Shown one piece after another: positions 37,508 to 45,226 of a stretch of DNA of 64,000 nucleotides. The notes beneath the pieces are model-generated. The model did no database searches and had not been told where the DNA came from. It saw only the letters and a program-made list of their open reading frames with translations. The number at the start of each line of letters is the position of its first letter. Position 1 is the first letter of the stretch. Source of the stretch: an uncultured Gemmatimonadaceae bacterium (GTDB taxonomy: Bacteria; Gemmatimonadota; Gemmatimonadetes; Longimicrobiales; RSA9); the NCBI GenBank assembly GCA_964444685.1, contig CAYUIG010000002.1, forward strand, positions 49,586-113,585, in the 5' to 3' direction. Both the position numbers and the translations under genes were made by a program.

Positions 37508-38095
37508 ATGACCATGCGACGCGTCCGGTCCGTCCTCCTCGCGGCACTCCTCGTGCCCGGCTGCGCCACGCTCCAGCAGATCGCGGCGCTCCGCGACGTC
37601 GACTTCGCCCTCGACCGGGCCACCGACGTCTACCTTGCCGGTGTGGCCGTCGACCGCATCCGTTCCTGGAACGATCTCTCCGCCTCCGATGCCGCCCGGA
37701 TCACCCTGGCCGTCACGCGCGCCGAGGTCCCGCTCGAGTTCGAGCTGCACGTGGCCGCCCTCAACCCCGCGGAGAACGACGTCACCGCCCGGCTCCTCGC
37801 CATGGACTGGACGCTGCTGCTCGAGAACCGCGAAACGGTCTCCGGCCGGCTGAACCGCGAGGTCGTGCTGCCCCCCGGCCAGCGCGTCGACATCCCCATC
37901 GTCATCGGCCTCGACCTCGTCGACTTCTTCGATGAGAACGCCCGCGACCTCGTCGACCTCGTGCTTTCGTTGTCCGGTCAGGGCGGTGCGCCCAAGAACG
38001 TAGCCCTCAGCGCCTCGCCGACCATCGAGACGCCGCTCGGGCCCATGCGCTACCCTCAGCCCATTACCATCGTATCGGCTACCGTCGGGAACTGA
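37508..38095 (+). CDS. LEA type-2 (LEA_2/NDR1-like) family lipoprotein
   Basis: MTMRRVRSVLLAALLVPGCAT lipobox. The F.L.V.A.NPA...A.L....W.L......V.G pattern is typical of bacterial LEA_2 proteins. Only the 3-prime third of track ORF 36884..38095 is credible. Confidence 0.65.
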   Translation: MTMRRVRSVLLAALLVPGCATLQQIAALRDVDFALDRATDVYLAGVAVDRIRSWNDLSASDAARITLAVTRAEVPLEFELHVAALNPAENDVTARLLAMDWTLLLENRETVSGRLNREVVLPPGQRVDIPIVIGLDLVDFFDENARDLVDLVLSLSGQGGAPKNVALSASPTIETPLGPMRYPQPITIVSATVGN

Positions 38096-38096
38096 G

Positions 38097-38135
38097 TTTT
38101 CACCGCAGAGCCGCAGAGAACGCAGAGGCGACGCG
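38097..38135. repeat. family-2 repeat copy (TTTTCACCGCAGAGCCGCAGAGAACGCAGAGGCGACGCG)
   Basis: Near-identical opening to 39545 (TTCACCGCAGAGCCGCAGAGAAGG). Starts 2 nt after the stop codon. Confidence 0.85.
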
Positions 38136-38305
38136 CCGAACAATTGTCGAGCCCGAGCACGTTCAGGTCCCCGATCGCATCCCACCCTACCCTACAGCAG
38201 CCGATGTTGCGCGCCTTGTCGCAGCCGTTATCTGCTCGCCATCGTCTTTGCACATTCCGTCGTGGGGGATCTTGGCAGCGCGAGGCTGGTTTCAGCGCGA
38301 GTGAT

Positions 38306-38490
38306 GTGAACCTTGCCCCAAGGACCTATCTCTGGAGGGGTGGGGCACGATTCACCGCGCGTGGCGCAGTTGAAATGACCCCAGATGCATTCATGAATGG
38401 CGTGGGGCATGGTTCACGGCACGTAGCGCAGTCAGAAAGACCCCAGTCTCTCAGAGACAGCCGCGCGGGGTAAGGTTCACCGCGCCGCCT
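38306..38490. repeat. GGGGCAnGGTTCAC-containing repeats (1 inverted + 3 direct, direct copies 62-63 bp apart)
   Basis: GTGAACCTTGCCCC at 38306-38319. GGGGCACGATTCAC at 38342, GGGGCATGGTTCAC at 38404, GGGGTAAGGTTCAC at 38467. The first ~40 nt of each unit are alignable. Confidence 0.8.
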
Positions 38491-38499
38491 GTGGCCGAA

Positions 38500-38646
38500 C
38501 CCAACGCGCGTCTCCTCCACCACCCAACGCGCGTATCCTCCTCAGGTGCGTCTCCTCCCACCATCCCAACGCGCGTCTCCTCCTCAGGTGCGTCTCCTCC
38601 ACCATCCCAACGCGCGTCTCCTCCACACATGCGTCTGCTCCACCAC
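38500..38646. repeat. tandem array, about 7 units of ~21 bp (3.5 units of 41-42 bp) each carrying GCGTCTCCTCC
   Basis: CCCAACGCGCGT recurs at 38500, 38523, 38565 and 38606. GCGTCTCCTCC-like cores recur every 20-23 bp. Confidence 0.85.
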
Positions 38647-38677
38647 CCCCTCTGCGCCCTCCGCGCCTCCGTGGTGA
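38647..38677. repeat. family-2 repeat fragment (CCCTCTGCGCCCTCCGCGCCTCCGTGGTGAG)
   Basis: Matches CTCCGCGCCCTCCGCGCCTCCGCGGTGAA at 54059-54086 with 2-3 mismatches. Confidence 0.8.
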
Positions 38678-38719
38678 GTATTCGTTGCCTTCCCGAGCCG
38701 TCCTGCTAAGGTTGAACCC

Positions 38720-39541
38720 ATGCGCAAAGTGGTACGCCGAAGCATACCGGCACTCGCTCTCTCGATCCTCGTCGGGTCGGGATACACGGCCATGGTACGG
38801 CCGTCGAACGAACGCGCCTGGATCCCGGAGCAGTCGCGGCTGCCGGCCGCCGACTTCGAGGCCACACGCGTCCGCATCCGGAACCTGCGTGACTTCCGGT
38901 ACACGGACGGAGAGGTCGTGCAGGCGTGGGATGACCGGACATACGACCTCTCGAAGCTTGAGTCGGTCTGGTACATCGTCTCGCCGTTCTCATCCGAATG
39001 GCGCGGGCCCGCGCACACGTTCCTGAGTTTCGGCTTCGCCGATTCGCAGTTCGTGGCGATCTCGGTCGAGGCGCGGAAGGAGGCCGGCGAGGACTACTCG
39101 ATGCTGAAGGGAATGGCCCGGCGCTTCGAACTGATGTACGTGATCGGCGATGAAGAGGACCTGATCCGCCTGCGCACCGACGTCTGGGGCGACGACGTGT
39201 ACGTTTATCCCGTCCGCGCCACCCCCGAAGCGATCCGTGAGCTCTTCCTGCGAATGCTCGAGGCCGCCGATGCGCTGAACGCGAGTCCCGAGTTCTACAA
39301 CACGCTCACCAACAACTGCACGACGAACATCATCCGGCACGTGAACAGGGTCTCACCCGGACGTGTGCCATGGGGCTGGAGGGTGCTGCTGCCGGGCTAT
39401 ACGGACGAGGTGGCCGAAGCGCTTGGGCTCCTGGATACATCCGAAGGCATCGAGGCCGCACGCAGGCGGTATCGCATCAACGACCGTGTGCCGCCTCCGG
39501 GGGATCCGCACTTCTCCCTGCGCATCCGCGATTCCGGCTAA
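38720..39541 (+). CDS. DUF4105 domain protein (Lnb-like N-terminal periplasmic domain)
   Basis: Signal/TM N-terminus. Pattern HTFLSFGF....VAISVEARKE.GE.YS...G....FELMYVIGDE.D.I..R......Y.YP, ending with NNCTTN. Confidence 0.75.
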   Translation: MRKVVRRSIPALALSILVGSGYTAMVRPSNERAWIPEQSRLPAADFEATRVRIRNLRDFRYTDGEVVQAWDDRTYDLSKLESVWYIVSPFSSEWRGPAHTFLSFGFADSQFVAISVEARKEAGEDYSMLKGMARRFELMYVIGDEEDLIRLRTDVWGDDVYVYPVRATPEAIRELFLRMLEAADALNASPEFYNTLTNNCTTNIIRHVNRVSPGRVPWGWRVLLPGYTDEVAEALGLLDTSEGIEAARRRYRINDRVPPPGDPHFSLRIRDSG

Positions 39542-39544
39542 CCT

Positions 39545-39776
39545 GTTCACCGCAGAGCCGCAGAGAAGGCCGAGAACTGCAACAGCATTCACCGCGGAGG
39601 GCGCGGAGGGCGCGGAGCATCGTTTTGTTGTCCGGTGGTTCGTGCTCGCGGCGGAGTTGGACTTTCGCGACCAATCTCACCTGACCGGAGACCCACTTCA
39701 AAAATTCGTACTCCGCGGCCTCCGCGAACTCCGCGGTGAAAAATTCCGTTCTCGGCGCTCTCGGCGGTTGCTGCAG
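39545..39776. repeat. family-2 composite palindrome filling the whole intergenic space between convergent genes
   Basis: TTCACCGCGGAGGGCGCGGAGGGCGCGGAGC (39588-39618) is the inverted partner of TACTCCGCGGCCTCCGCGAACTCCGCGGTGAA (39709-39740). The outer arms are TTCACCGCAGAGCCGCAGAGAAGGCCGAGAACTGCAACAGCA and AAATTCCGTTCTCGGCGCTCTCGGCGGTTGCTGCAG. Confidence 0.85.
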
Positions 39777-39777
39777 T

Positions 39778-40830
39778 TTACCGGAAGCGTTCCTGAAGCT
39801 TCTCCAGAGCCGAAGCCCCCGGACACAGCTCCTCGAACGGGATATCGACAAGCGGCCTGGCGACGGTGCCCTCGAGGTCGTGCATGGCCGCGCCGCTCTC
39901 CGACACGTACAGCAGCCCCGTCGGTACCTCGCCTGCCCGCTGCTTCTGCCGGACGTACTCGTAGACGCCGTCGCGGTCGGTGGGGTCGTAGTCGGAGCTG
40001 ACCTTGCGGAGTCGCAAAGCGCTGCCGTCGTGCATCGTGACGGTGTGCGCGGCACCCTCGTCGTAGGACGCGGTGATCTCGCTGCGCAGCGGCACGAGGT
40101 CGACGACTTCACGGGTGTGTTCGCGGGTGTACGCGTACGACTTGGTCGAACCCTCGTGGTCGTTGAACGTGACGCACGGGCTGATCACATCGACGAACGC
40201 GAAACCCTTGTGCGCAAGACCGGCCTTGAGGATCGGTACGAGCTGCTCCTTGTCGCCCGAGAACGAACGCGCGACGAACGTGGCACCGAGCGAGAGGGCG
40301 AGGAGGACGGGGTCGATCGGCTCGTGTCGGTTCGGCTCGCCGCGCTTGGCCTTCGAGCCGACATCGGCGGATGCGGAGAACTGGCCCTTGGTCAGGCCGT
40401 ATACGCCGTTGTTTTCCAGGATGTAGAGCACCTGGATGTTGCGGCGGATGGCGTGGCAGAACTGGCCGAGACCGATCGAGAGCGAGTCGCCATCGCCGCT
40501 GATGCCGATGTGGATGAGGTCGCGGTTGGCAGCGTGCGACCCGGTCGTCAGCGACGGCATGCGGCCGTGCACGCCGTTGAAGCCGTGCGCCTCGCGCAGG
40601 AAGTAGGTCGGCGTCTTCGATGAGCAGCCGATCCCGCTCATCTTCGCCACGCGGTGCGGCTCGATGGACAGCTCCCAGAATGCGCGCACGATCGCGGCCG
40701 TGATCGAGTCGTGGCCGCAGCCCGCGCACAGCGTGGACATCGCGCCTTCGTAGTCGCGCCGGGTGAGCCCGAGCGCGTTCACGGGCAGGCCGGGGTGCCG
40801 GACGCCCGGCTTTGCGATCGACGTCGTCAT
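39778..40830 (-). CDS. korB: 2-oxoacid:ferredoxin oxidoreductase, beta (TPP-binding) subunit
   Basis: CAGCGHDSI..GIGCSSK..GDGD..SIG TPP-binding pattern. 4-bp overlap with the alpha subunit. Confidence 0.9.
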   Translation of the reverse strand: MTTSIAKPGVRHPGLPVNALGLTRRDYEGAMSTLCAGCGHDSITAAIVRAFWELSIEPHRVAKMSGIGCSSKTPTYFLREAHGFNGVHGRMPSLTTGSHAANRDLIHIGISGDGDSLSIGLGQFCHAIRRNIQVLYILENNGVYGLTKGQFSASADVGSKAKRGEPNRHEPIDPVLLALSLGATFVARSFSGDKEQLVPILKAGLAHKGFAFVDVISPCVTFNDHEGSTKSYAYTREHTREVVDLVPLRSEITASYDEGAAHTVTMHDGSALRLRKVSSDYDPTDRDGVYEYVRQKQRAGEVPTGLLYVSESGAAMHDLEGTVARPLVDIPFEELCPGASALEKLQERFR

Positions 40831-42683
40831 CGGATGCCTCCCGCGGGCTGGCCGTTCCCTCTCAGGTGTGCCTGGATCCCTTCGATCACGTGCATCGCGG
40901 AGAGCGGCATGCCGCCGTAGCGACGCACGGATTCCAGCCGCTCCCGCCCGACACGTGTCTCCAGCAGCAGCAGGTTGCGCAACTGGCCGTCGCGGTTCTG
41001 TTCGACCACGAAGTTGCGGTCGTGCTCCATGAGGAACGCCTCGACGGATGCGTCGAACGGGAAGCCGCGGATCCGCATGTAGTCGAACGGCAGCCCCTCC
41101 GCGGTAAGCAGCGCGACCGCTTCGCGCACGCCCGCGTCGCAGCCGCCGATCGACACGATGCTCATGCGCGAGCCCGGCGTACGCTGGATCACCGGTGCGG
41201 GCACGGCCGCACCCGCCGAATCGATCTTCCGCGCCAGCCGATCCATCACTTCCGTGTAGTCGCCGGCGTCTTCCGTGTACGCGCCGAACTTGTTGTGGCC
41301 CGAGCCGCGCGTGAAGTACGCGCCGCGCGGGTGGACGCCGGGAAGCGTGCGTGCAGTGACGCCGTCGCCATCGACATCGAGATAACGGTAGAACTTCTCC
41401 ATGCGCTCGAGCTGCTCGGCGGAGAGCACCTTGCCGCGGTCGGGACGGTACGCGTCATCCCACTTCAGCTTGGGTACGCGCCAGTCGTTCATGCCGATGT
41501 CGAGATCCGACAGCACGAACACGGGCGTCTGGAAGCGCTCGGCCAGGTCGAAGGTTTTGACCGCGAAGTGGAAGCATTCGTTCGGGTCGCCGGGGAAGAG
41601 CAGGACGTGCTTCGTGTCCCCGTGCGACGCGTACGCGCACAGCATGAGATCGCCCTGCTGCGTGCGCGTCGGCATGCCCGTCGATGGGCCGGTCCGCTGC
41701 ACGTCGAAGATCACGACCGGGATCTCGGCGTAGTACGCGAGCCCGATGAACTCGCTCATGAGGGAGATGCCGGGGCCGCTCGTCGGCGTGAACGCGCGTG
41801 CACCTGCCCAGCCCGCTCCGATGGCCACACCGATGGCCGACAGCTCGTCTTCCGCCTGCACGACGATGTAGCGGTTCTTCCCGTCGTCGTCGCGCCGCAG
41901 CTTCGCGCAGTAGCCGCGGAACGCATCGGTCAATGAAGTGGCGGGTGTGATCGGGTACCATGCGGCCACGGTCGCGCCCGCGTAGACGCAGCCGAGCGCG
42001 GCCGCGCTGTTGCCGTCGATCAGGATCCAGTCGTCGGGCGCGGCCATCGGCTCGAGGCGGATCGGCAGCGGGCACTCCCAGTTCGCCTTCGCGTACTCGT
42101 AGCCCATGCGCACGGCCTGCTGGTTCGAGTCGATCAGCGCCTGCTTCGCGCCGTACGTCTCGCGCAGGAGCTGTGCGATCACCTCGAGGTCCACCTCCAG
42201 CAGCGCCGCGAGCGCGCCCACGTACGCGATGTTCTTCATCAGCAGCCGCTCGCGCGGGCGAGTGAACGCCTCGTTGCACATGCGGGCGAGCGGGATCCCG
42301 AGGAAGTTCACGTCGCCACGGCGCCGTTCGGGCAGCATCTCCCACGACGAGTCGTAGATCAGCCAGCCACCGCTGCGCAGCTCGGCGATGTCGCGCTTGT
42401 AGGTGGCCGCGTTCATCGCGACGAACAGGTCGAATACGGGCGTGCGCGCGGTCCAGCCCGCGCCGCTCACCCGGATCTCGTACCAGGTCGGCAGCCCCTG
42501 GATGTTGGATGGGAAGACGTTCTTGCCGGTGACCGGCACGCCCATGCGGAAGATGGCCTGCATCAGCAGGCCGTTCGCACTGGCCGAGCCCGTGCCGTTG
42601 ACCGTGGCGATTTTCAGCGCGAAGTCGTTCACGCGCTGCGCGGACTCCCGCATCGGCGCGGGCGAAGCCTGCACATCGAGCAT
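40827..42683 (-). CDS. korA: 2-oxoacid:ferredoxin oxidoreductase, alpha subunit
   Basis: 618 aa. N-terminal gamma-like domain (GTGSASANGLL) fused to the pyrimidine-binding domain (YPITPAT), as in two-subunit KorAB enzymes. Confidence 0.9.
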   Translation of the reverse strand: MLDVQASPAPMRESAQRVNDFALKIATVNGTGSASANGLLMQAIFRMGVPVTGKNVFPSNIQGLPTWYEIRVSGAGWTARTPVFDLFVAMNAATYKRDIAELRSGGWLIYDSSWEMLPERRRGDVNFLGIPLARMCNEAFTRPRERLLMKNIAYVGALAALLEVDLEVIAQLLRETYGAKQALIDSNQQAVRMGYEYAKANWECPLPIRLEPMAAPDDWILIDGNSAAALGCVYAGATVAAWYPITPATSLTDAFRGYCAKLRRDDDGKNRYIVVQAEDELSAIGVAIGAGWAGARAFTPTSGPGISLMSEFIGLAYYAEIPVVIFDVQRTGPSTGMPTRTQQGDLMLCAYASHGDTKHVLLFPGDPNECFHFAVKTFDLAERFQTPVFVLSDLDIGMNDWRVPKLKWDDAYRPDRGKVLSAEQLERMEKFYRYLDVDGDGVTARTLPGVHPRGAYFTRGSGHNKFGAYTEDAGDYTEVMDRLARKIDSAGAAVPAPVIQRTPGSRMSIVSIGGCDAGVREAVALLTAEGLPFDYMRIRGFPFDASVEAFLMEHDRNFVVEQNRDGQLRNLLLLETRVGRERLESVRRYGGMPLSAMHVIEGIQAHLRGNGQPAGGIR

Positions 42684-42781
42684 GAGACCTCTACAGGAGG
42701 GCCGGCCGCGACCGCGGCCGGTTCAATCCATGGTCCTGTCACAGGATACGCTGCGGCACGCAACCGCGACAGCCCCGCCGG

Positions 42782-42811
42782 TTGACATGCGCATTGGCGC
42801 CCGCCTACGAT
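42782..42811 (+). promoter_or_regulatory. candidate sigma-70-type promoter (TTGACA, 18 nt spacer, TACGAT)
   Basis: Seen by eye ~90 nt upstream of GTG 42898. No experimental support. Confidence 0.3.
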
Positions 42812-42897
42812 GGCCTGTCCGACGACGCCCTGCCCACGACGCGGTGACCCCCCGCAGCCCGCCGCCGGACCTCCTTTCCCCTCAGACGGAGGTCGCC

Positions 42898-44250
42898 GTG
42901 ACGCCTGTACGCATCCCCGCCGGCTTCGCCGGCACGCAGCTCACGCCCGACGATCCCGGTTACGCTGAAGCCATACGCCTCTTCAACGGCGCGGTGAACA
43001 AGCGACCCGCGCTGGTCGCGCGCTGCGCGAACGAGGCCGACGTCGTCGCCGCCGTCCGCTTCGCGCGTGAGCAGAGCCTCCCGCTCTCCGTCCGCGCCGG
43101 CGGCCACAACGTCTCCGGCAACGCGCTCGTCGACGGTGGTCTCGTGATCGACCTCCGCTCCATCAACGGCGTGGAGGTCGACCCGGTGAACCGCATCGCG
43201 CGCGCGGGCGCCGGTGCCACATGGTCGCAGTTCGACAGGGCCACGCAGGCGCACGGCCTGGCCACTACCGGCGGGGCCGTGTCCACGACCGGGATCGCGG
43301 GCCTCACCCTCGGCGGCGGCATCGGCTGGCTCATGCGCATGCACGGCCTCGCATGCGACAACCTGATCGGCGCGCGCATGGTCACGGCCGAAGGCGAAAT
43401 CGTCACGGTAGGCCCCGACCAGCCCGAGCTGCTCTGGGGGCTCCGCGGAGGCGGCGGCAACTTCGGCGTCGTCACGCGCCTCGACTACCGCCTGCACCCC
43501 GTCGACAGCGTCTGGGGCGGGATGATCATCTTCCCGCAGGCCCGTGCGGTGGAAGTCCTCGGCGCCGTACGCGCCATCAATGACGTCGCCCCCGACAACC
43601 TGATGACGATGGCCGTGCTCGGCACACACCCGGAGGCCGGCCCGATCGTCGGCGCGCTCGTCGGCGGCTTCGGTGACAATGCGGCCGCCGAACGGATCGC
43701 GGCACCCCTGCGTGCACTGGAGCCGGTGGCGGACCTGCTCGGGCCCATGAAGTACGTCGAGCTCCAGTCGATGCTCGATCCACTGCTCTCCGAGGGCTTC
43801 TACCACTACTGGAAGTCCAACTTCCTGACCCGACTGGATGATGAAGTCGCCGCGGCCATGCAGAAGGTCATGAGCGCGGCACCGACCCCGTTCTGCCAGA
43901 TCGTCATCGAGCAGTTCAGCGGCGAGGCCGCGCGCGTACCCGTCGATGCCACGGCGTTCGCGCAGCGCAACGCGCCCTACAACATGGCGATCCTCGGGAT
44001 GTCTGCCGGACCGGAGGATTACGCGGCGGCGCGCGACTGGGCGCGCGCAACGTGGCGGGCCCTCGAGCCCTTCTGCGCCGAGGGTGTGTACCTGAACTAC
44101 CTCGGTTCCGTCGAGGAGGAAGGCGCACAGCGCGTACGCGACGCCTGGGGCGCCGATACCCTCGCCCGCCTCGCCGCGCTCAAAGCCGTCTGGGATCCCG
44201 CGAACGTGTTCCGGTCGAATCAGAACGTCACGCCGGCGCTGCTTGCTTGA
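42898..44250 (+). CDS. FAD-linked oxidase (FAD_binding_4 with C-terminal BBE-like domain)
   Basis: GTG start with GGAGG 6 nt upstream. P..V..C....DV..AVRFARE..L.LSVRAGGHN..G and C-terminal LKA.WDP.NVFR.NQN. The track N-terminal extension overlaps korA antisense and was rejected. Confidence 0.85.
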   Translation: MTPVRIPAGFAGTQLTPDDPGYAEAIRLFNGAVNKRPALVARCANEADVVAAVRFAREQSLPLSVRAGGHNVSGNALVDGGLVIDLRSINGVEVDPVNRIARAGAGATWSQFDRATQAHGLATTGGAVSTTGIAGLTLGGGIGWLMRMHGLACDNLIGARMVTAEGEIVTVGPDQPELLWGLRGGGGNFGVVTRLDYRLHPVDSVWGGMIIFPQARAVEVLGAVRAINDVAPDNLMTMAVLGTHPEAGPIVGALVGGFGDNAAAERIAAPLRALEPVADLLGPMKYVELQSMLDPLLSEGFYHYWKSNFLTRLDDEVAAAMQKVMSAAPTPFCQIVIEQFSGEAARVPVDATAFAQRNAPYNMAILGMSAGPEDYAAARDWARATWRALEPFCAEGVYLNYLGSVEEEGAQRVRDAWGADTLARLAALKAVWDPANVFRSNQNVTPALLA

Positions 44251-44258
44251 GCTGCGGT

Positions 44259-44362
44259 TTCTGGGGTCTGGGGTCTGGAGTCTGGAGTCTGGAGTCTGGA
44301 GTCTGGTTTACGGCGGGGTCACCCCGCATTCAACCAGACCCCAGACCCCAGACCCCAGACTC
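44259..44362. repeat. family-1 element, GTCTGG-hexamer subtype (full copy) between convergent genes
   Basis: The left arm is TTCTGGGGTCTGGGGTCTGGAGTCTGGAGTCTGGAGTCTGGAGTCTGG. The core is TTTACGGCGGGGTCACCCCGCATTCAA. The right arm is CCAGACCCCAGACCCCAGACCCCAGACTC. Confidence 0.9.
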
Positions 44363-44367
44363 GAGTT

Positions 44368-44961
44368 TCAGAGCGATGCTAGAAGCACCCCCAGATCCTT
44401 CCAGCCATAGTTCCCATTCCCCGGATCCTCGTCCGTCTTCACGGCCCCCATCGCCACCCACGCCGCGGCGGATGGATTGCGCGGGTCGCCGTACAGCCAC
44501 ATGGACGTGATGCCCGTGGCGAGGAAACGCTGCGCAACGAGCCGGACGAGCCTGCGGCCGAGACCGAGCCGCTGATACTCGCGCAGCAGATAGATCTTGT
44601 TCAGTTCGCCGCCGTACTCCGGATTGTCGCTCAGGTTCGCCTGTGCGAAACCGATTAGCTCGCCCTGTTCGTTCTCGACCACGAAGCAGAACCAGCTCCC
44701 GTCATCTTTGGCGAAGCGTTCCCGCCATTGCCGCTCGCGGACCGCGACCGGCGGGCCTTTCGCACCCATCGGTGCGTACGTCGCGTTCCAGGTCGTGACG
44801 TGCAACTCCGCAAGCCCGGGGATGTCGGACTCGCGCGCCTCGCGGATTACGAGCGATTCGAGCGACTCACCGCGCGCGCGCATGCGGTCCTCGTTGCGGG
44901 TAGAGGATGGCCGTGTGGCCGCGATGAGACGTCGCCAGAGTCCGAAAATGACGGCTTTCAT
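44368..44961 (-). CDS. GNAT-family N-acetyltransferase
   Basis: Start at MKAVIF with GGAGG RBS. Acetyl-CoA motif REYQRLGLGRRLV. The track extension to 45495 runs antisense through the neighbouring gene. Confidence 0.85.
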   Translation of the reverse strand: MKAVIFGLWRRLIAATRPSSTRNEDRMRARGESLESLVIREARESDIPGLAELHVTTWNATYAPMGAKGPPVAVRERQWRERFAKDDGSWFCFVVENEQGELIGFAQANLSDNPEYGGELNKIYLLREYQRLGLGRRLVRLVAQRFLATGITSMWLYGDPRNPSAAAWVAMGAVKTDEDPGNGNYGWKDLGVLLASL

Positions 44962-45226
44962 CTCGATCCTCCGGCCCTGAGCCGGAACTCGTTGTGCATC
45001 CGTCCGATCGGTTCCGGGTTGGGTCCGGAATCCGACCCTGATCCAGCACACATCGGCTCGCCCCCCTACCGATTCCGGATCAGGGTCGATATCCGGACCC
45101 GATCCGGAACGCTTCGAGGGCCTATGCGTTGGTTTCCGCATCAGGGCCGGTTCCACCACGGGAGAGCGTTCCCGCGGGAACGCGTTCATGCCTGGATCGG
45201 CCGATCCGACCCACCCGGGGGGCGGG

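Noticed and set aside
36761-38185. 474-aa minus-strand ORF and the 5-prime two-thirds of plus ORF 36884..38095
   Set aside because: Both overlap the well-supported serpin gene or its antisense. Only the 37508..38095 portion has a lipoprotein signal, an RBS context and LEA_2-like motifs.
38500-38646. Regularly spaced repeats that superficially resemble a small CRISPR array
   Set aside because: The units are only ~21 bp (or 41-42 bp), and the would-be spacers are themselves near-identical to each other and to the repeats. There are no cas genes in the window and no leader-like AT-rich flank.
42403-42897. N-terminal 165 aa of track ORF 42403..44250
   Set aside because: It overlaps korA on the opposite strand. 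FAD-oxidase homology begins at GTG 42898, which has GGAGG 6 nt upstream.
44052-44510. ORFs that translate repeat elements (44052..44510, 28394..28603, 28327..28599, 16510..16851, 12540..12875) and N-terminal extensions of 16616..17563, 27132..28649, 34254..34859, 61832..62173 and 61986..62513
   Set aside because: Their peptides (SGVWSLESGVW, DPRPQTPDS, SRESRVERRESR) are direct translations of the tandem-repeat arms. The real genes have better internal starts with an RBS and signal peptides.
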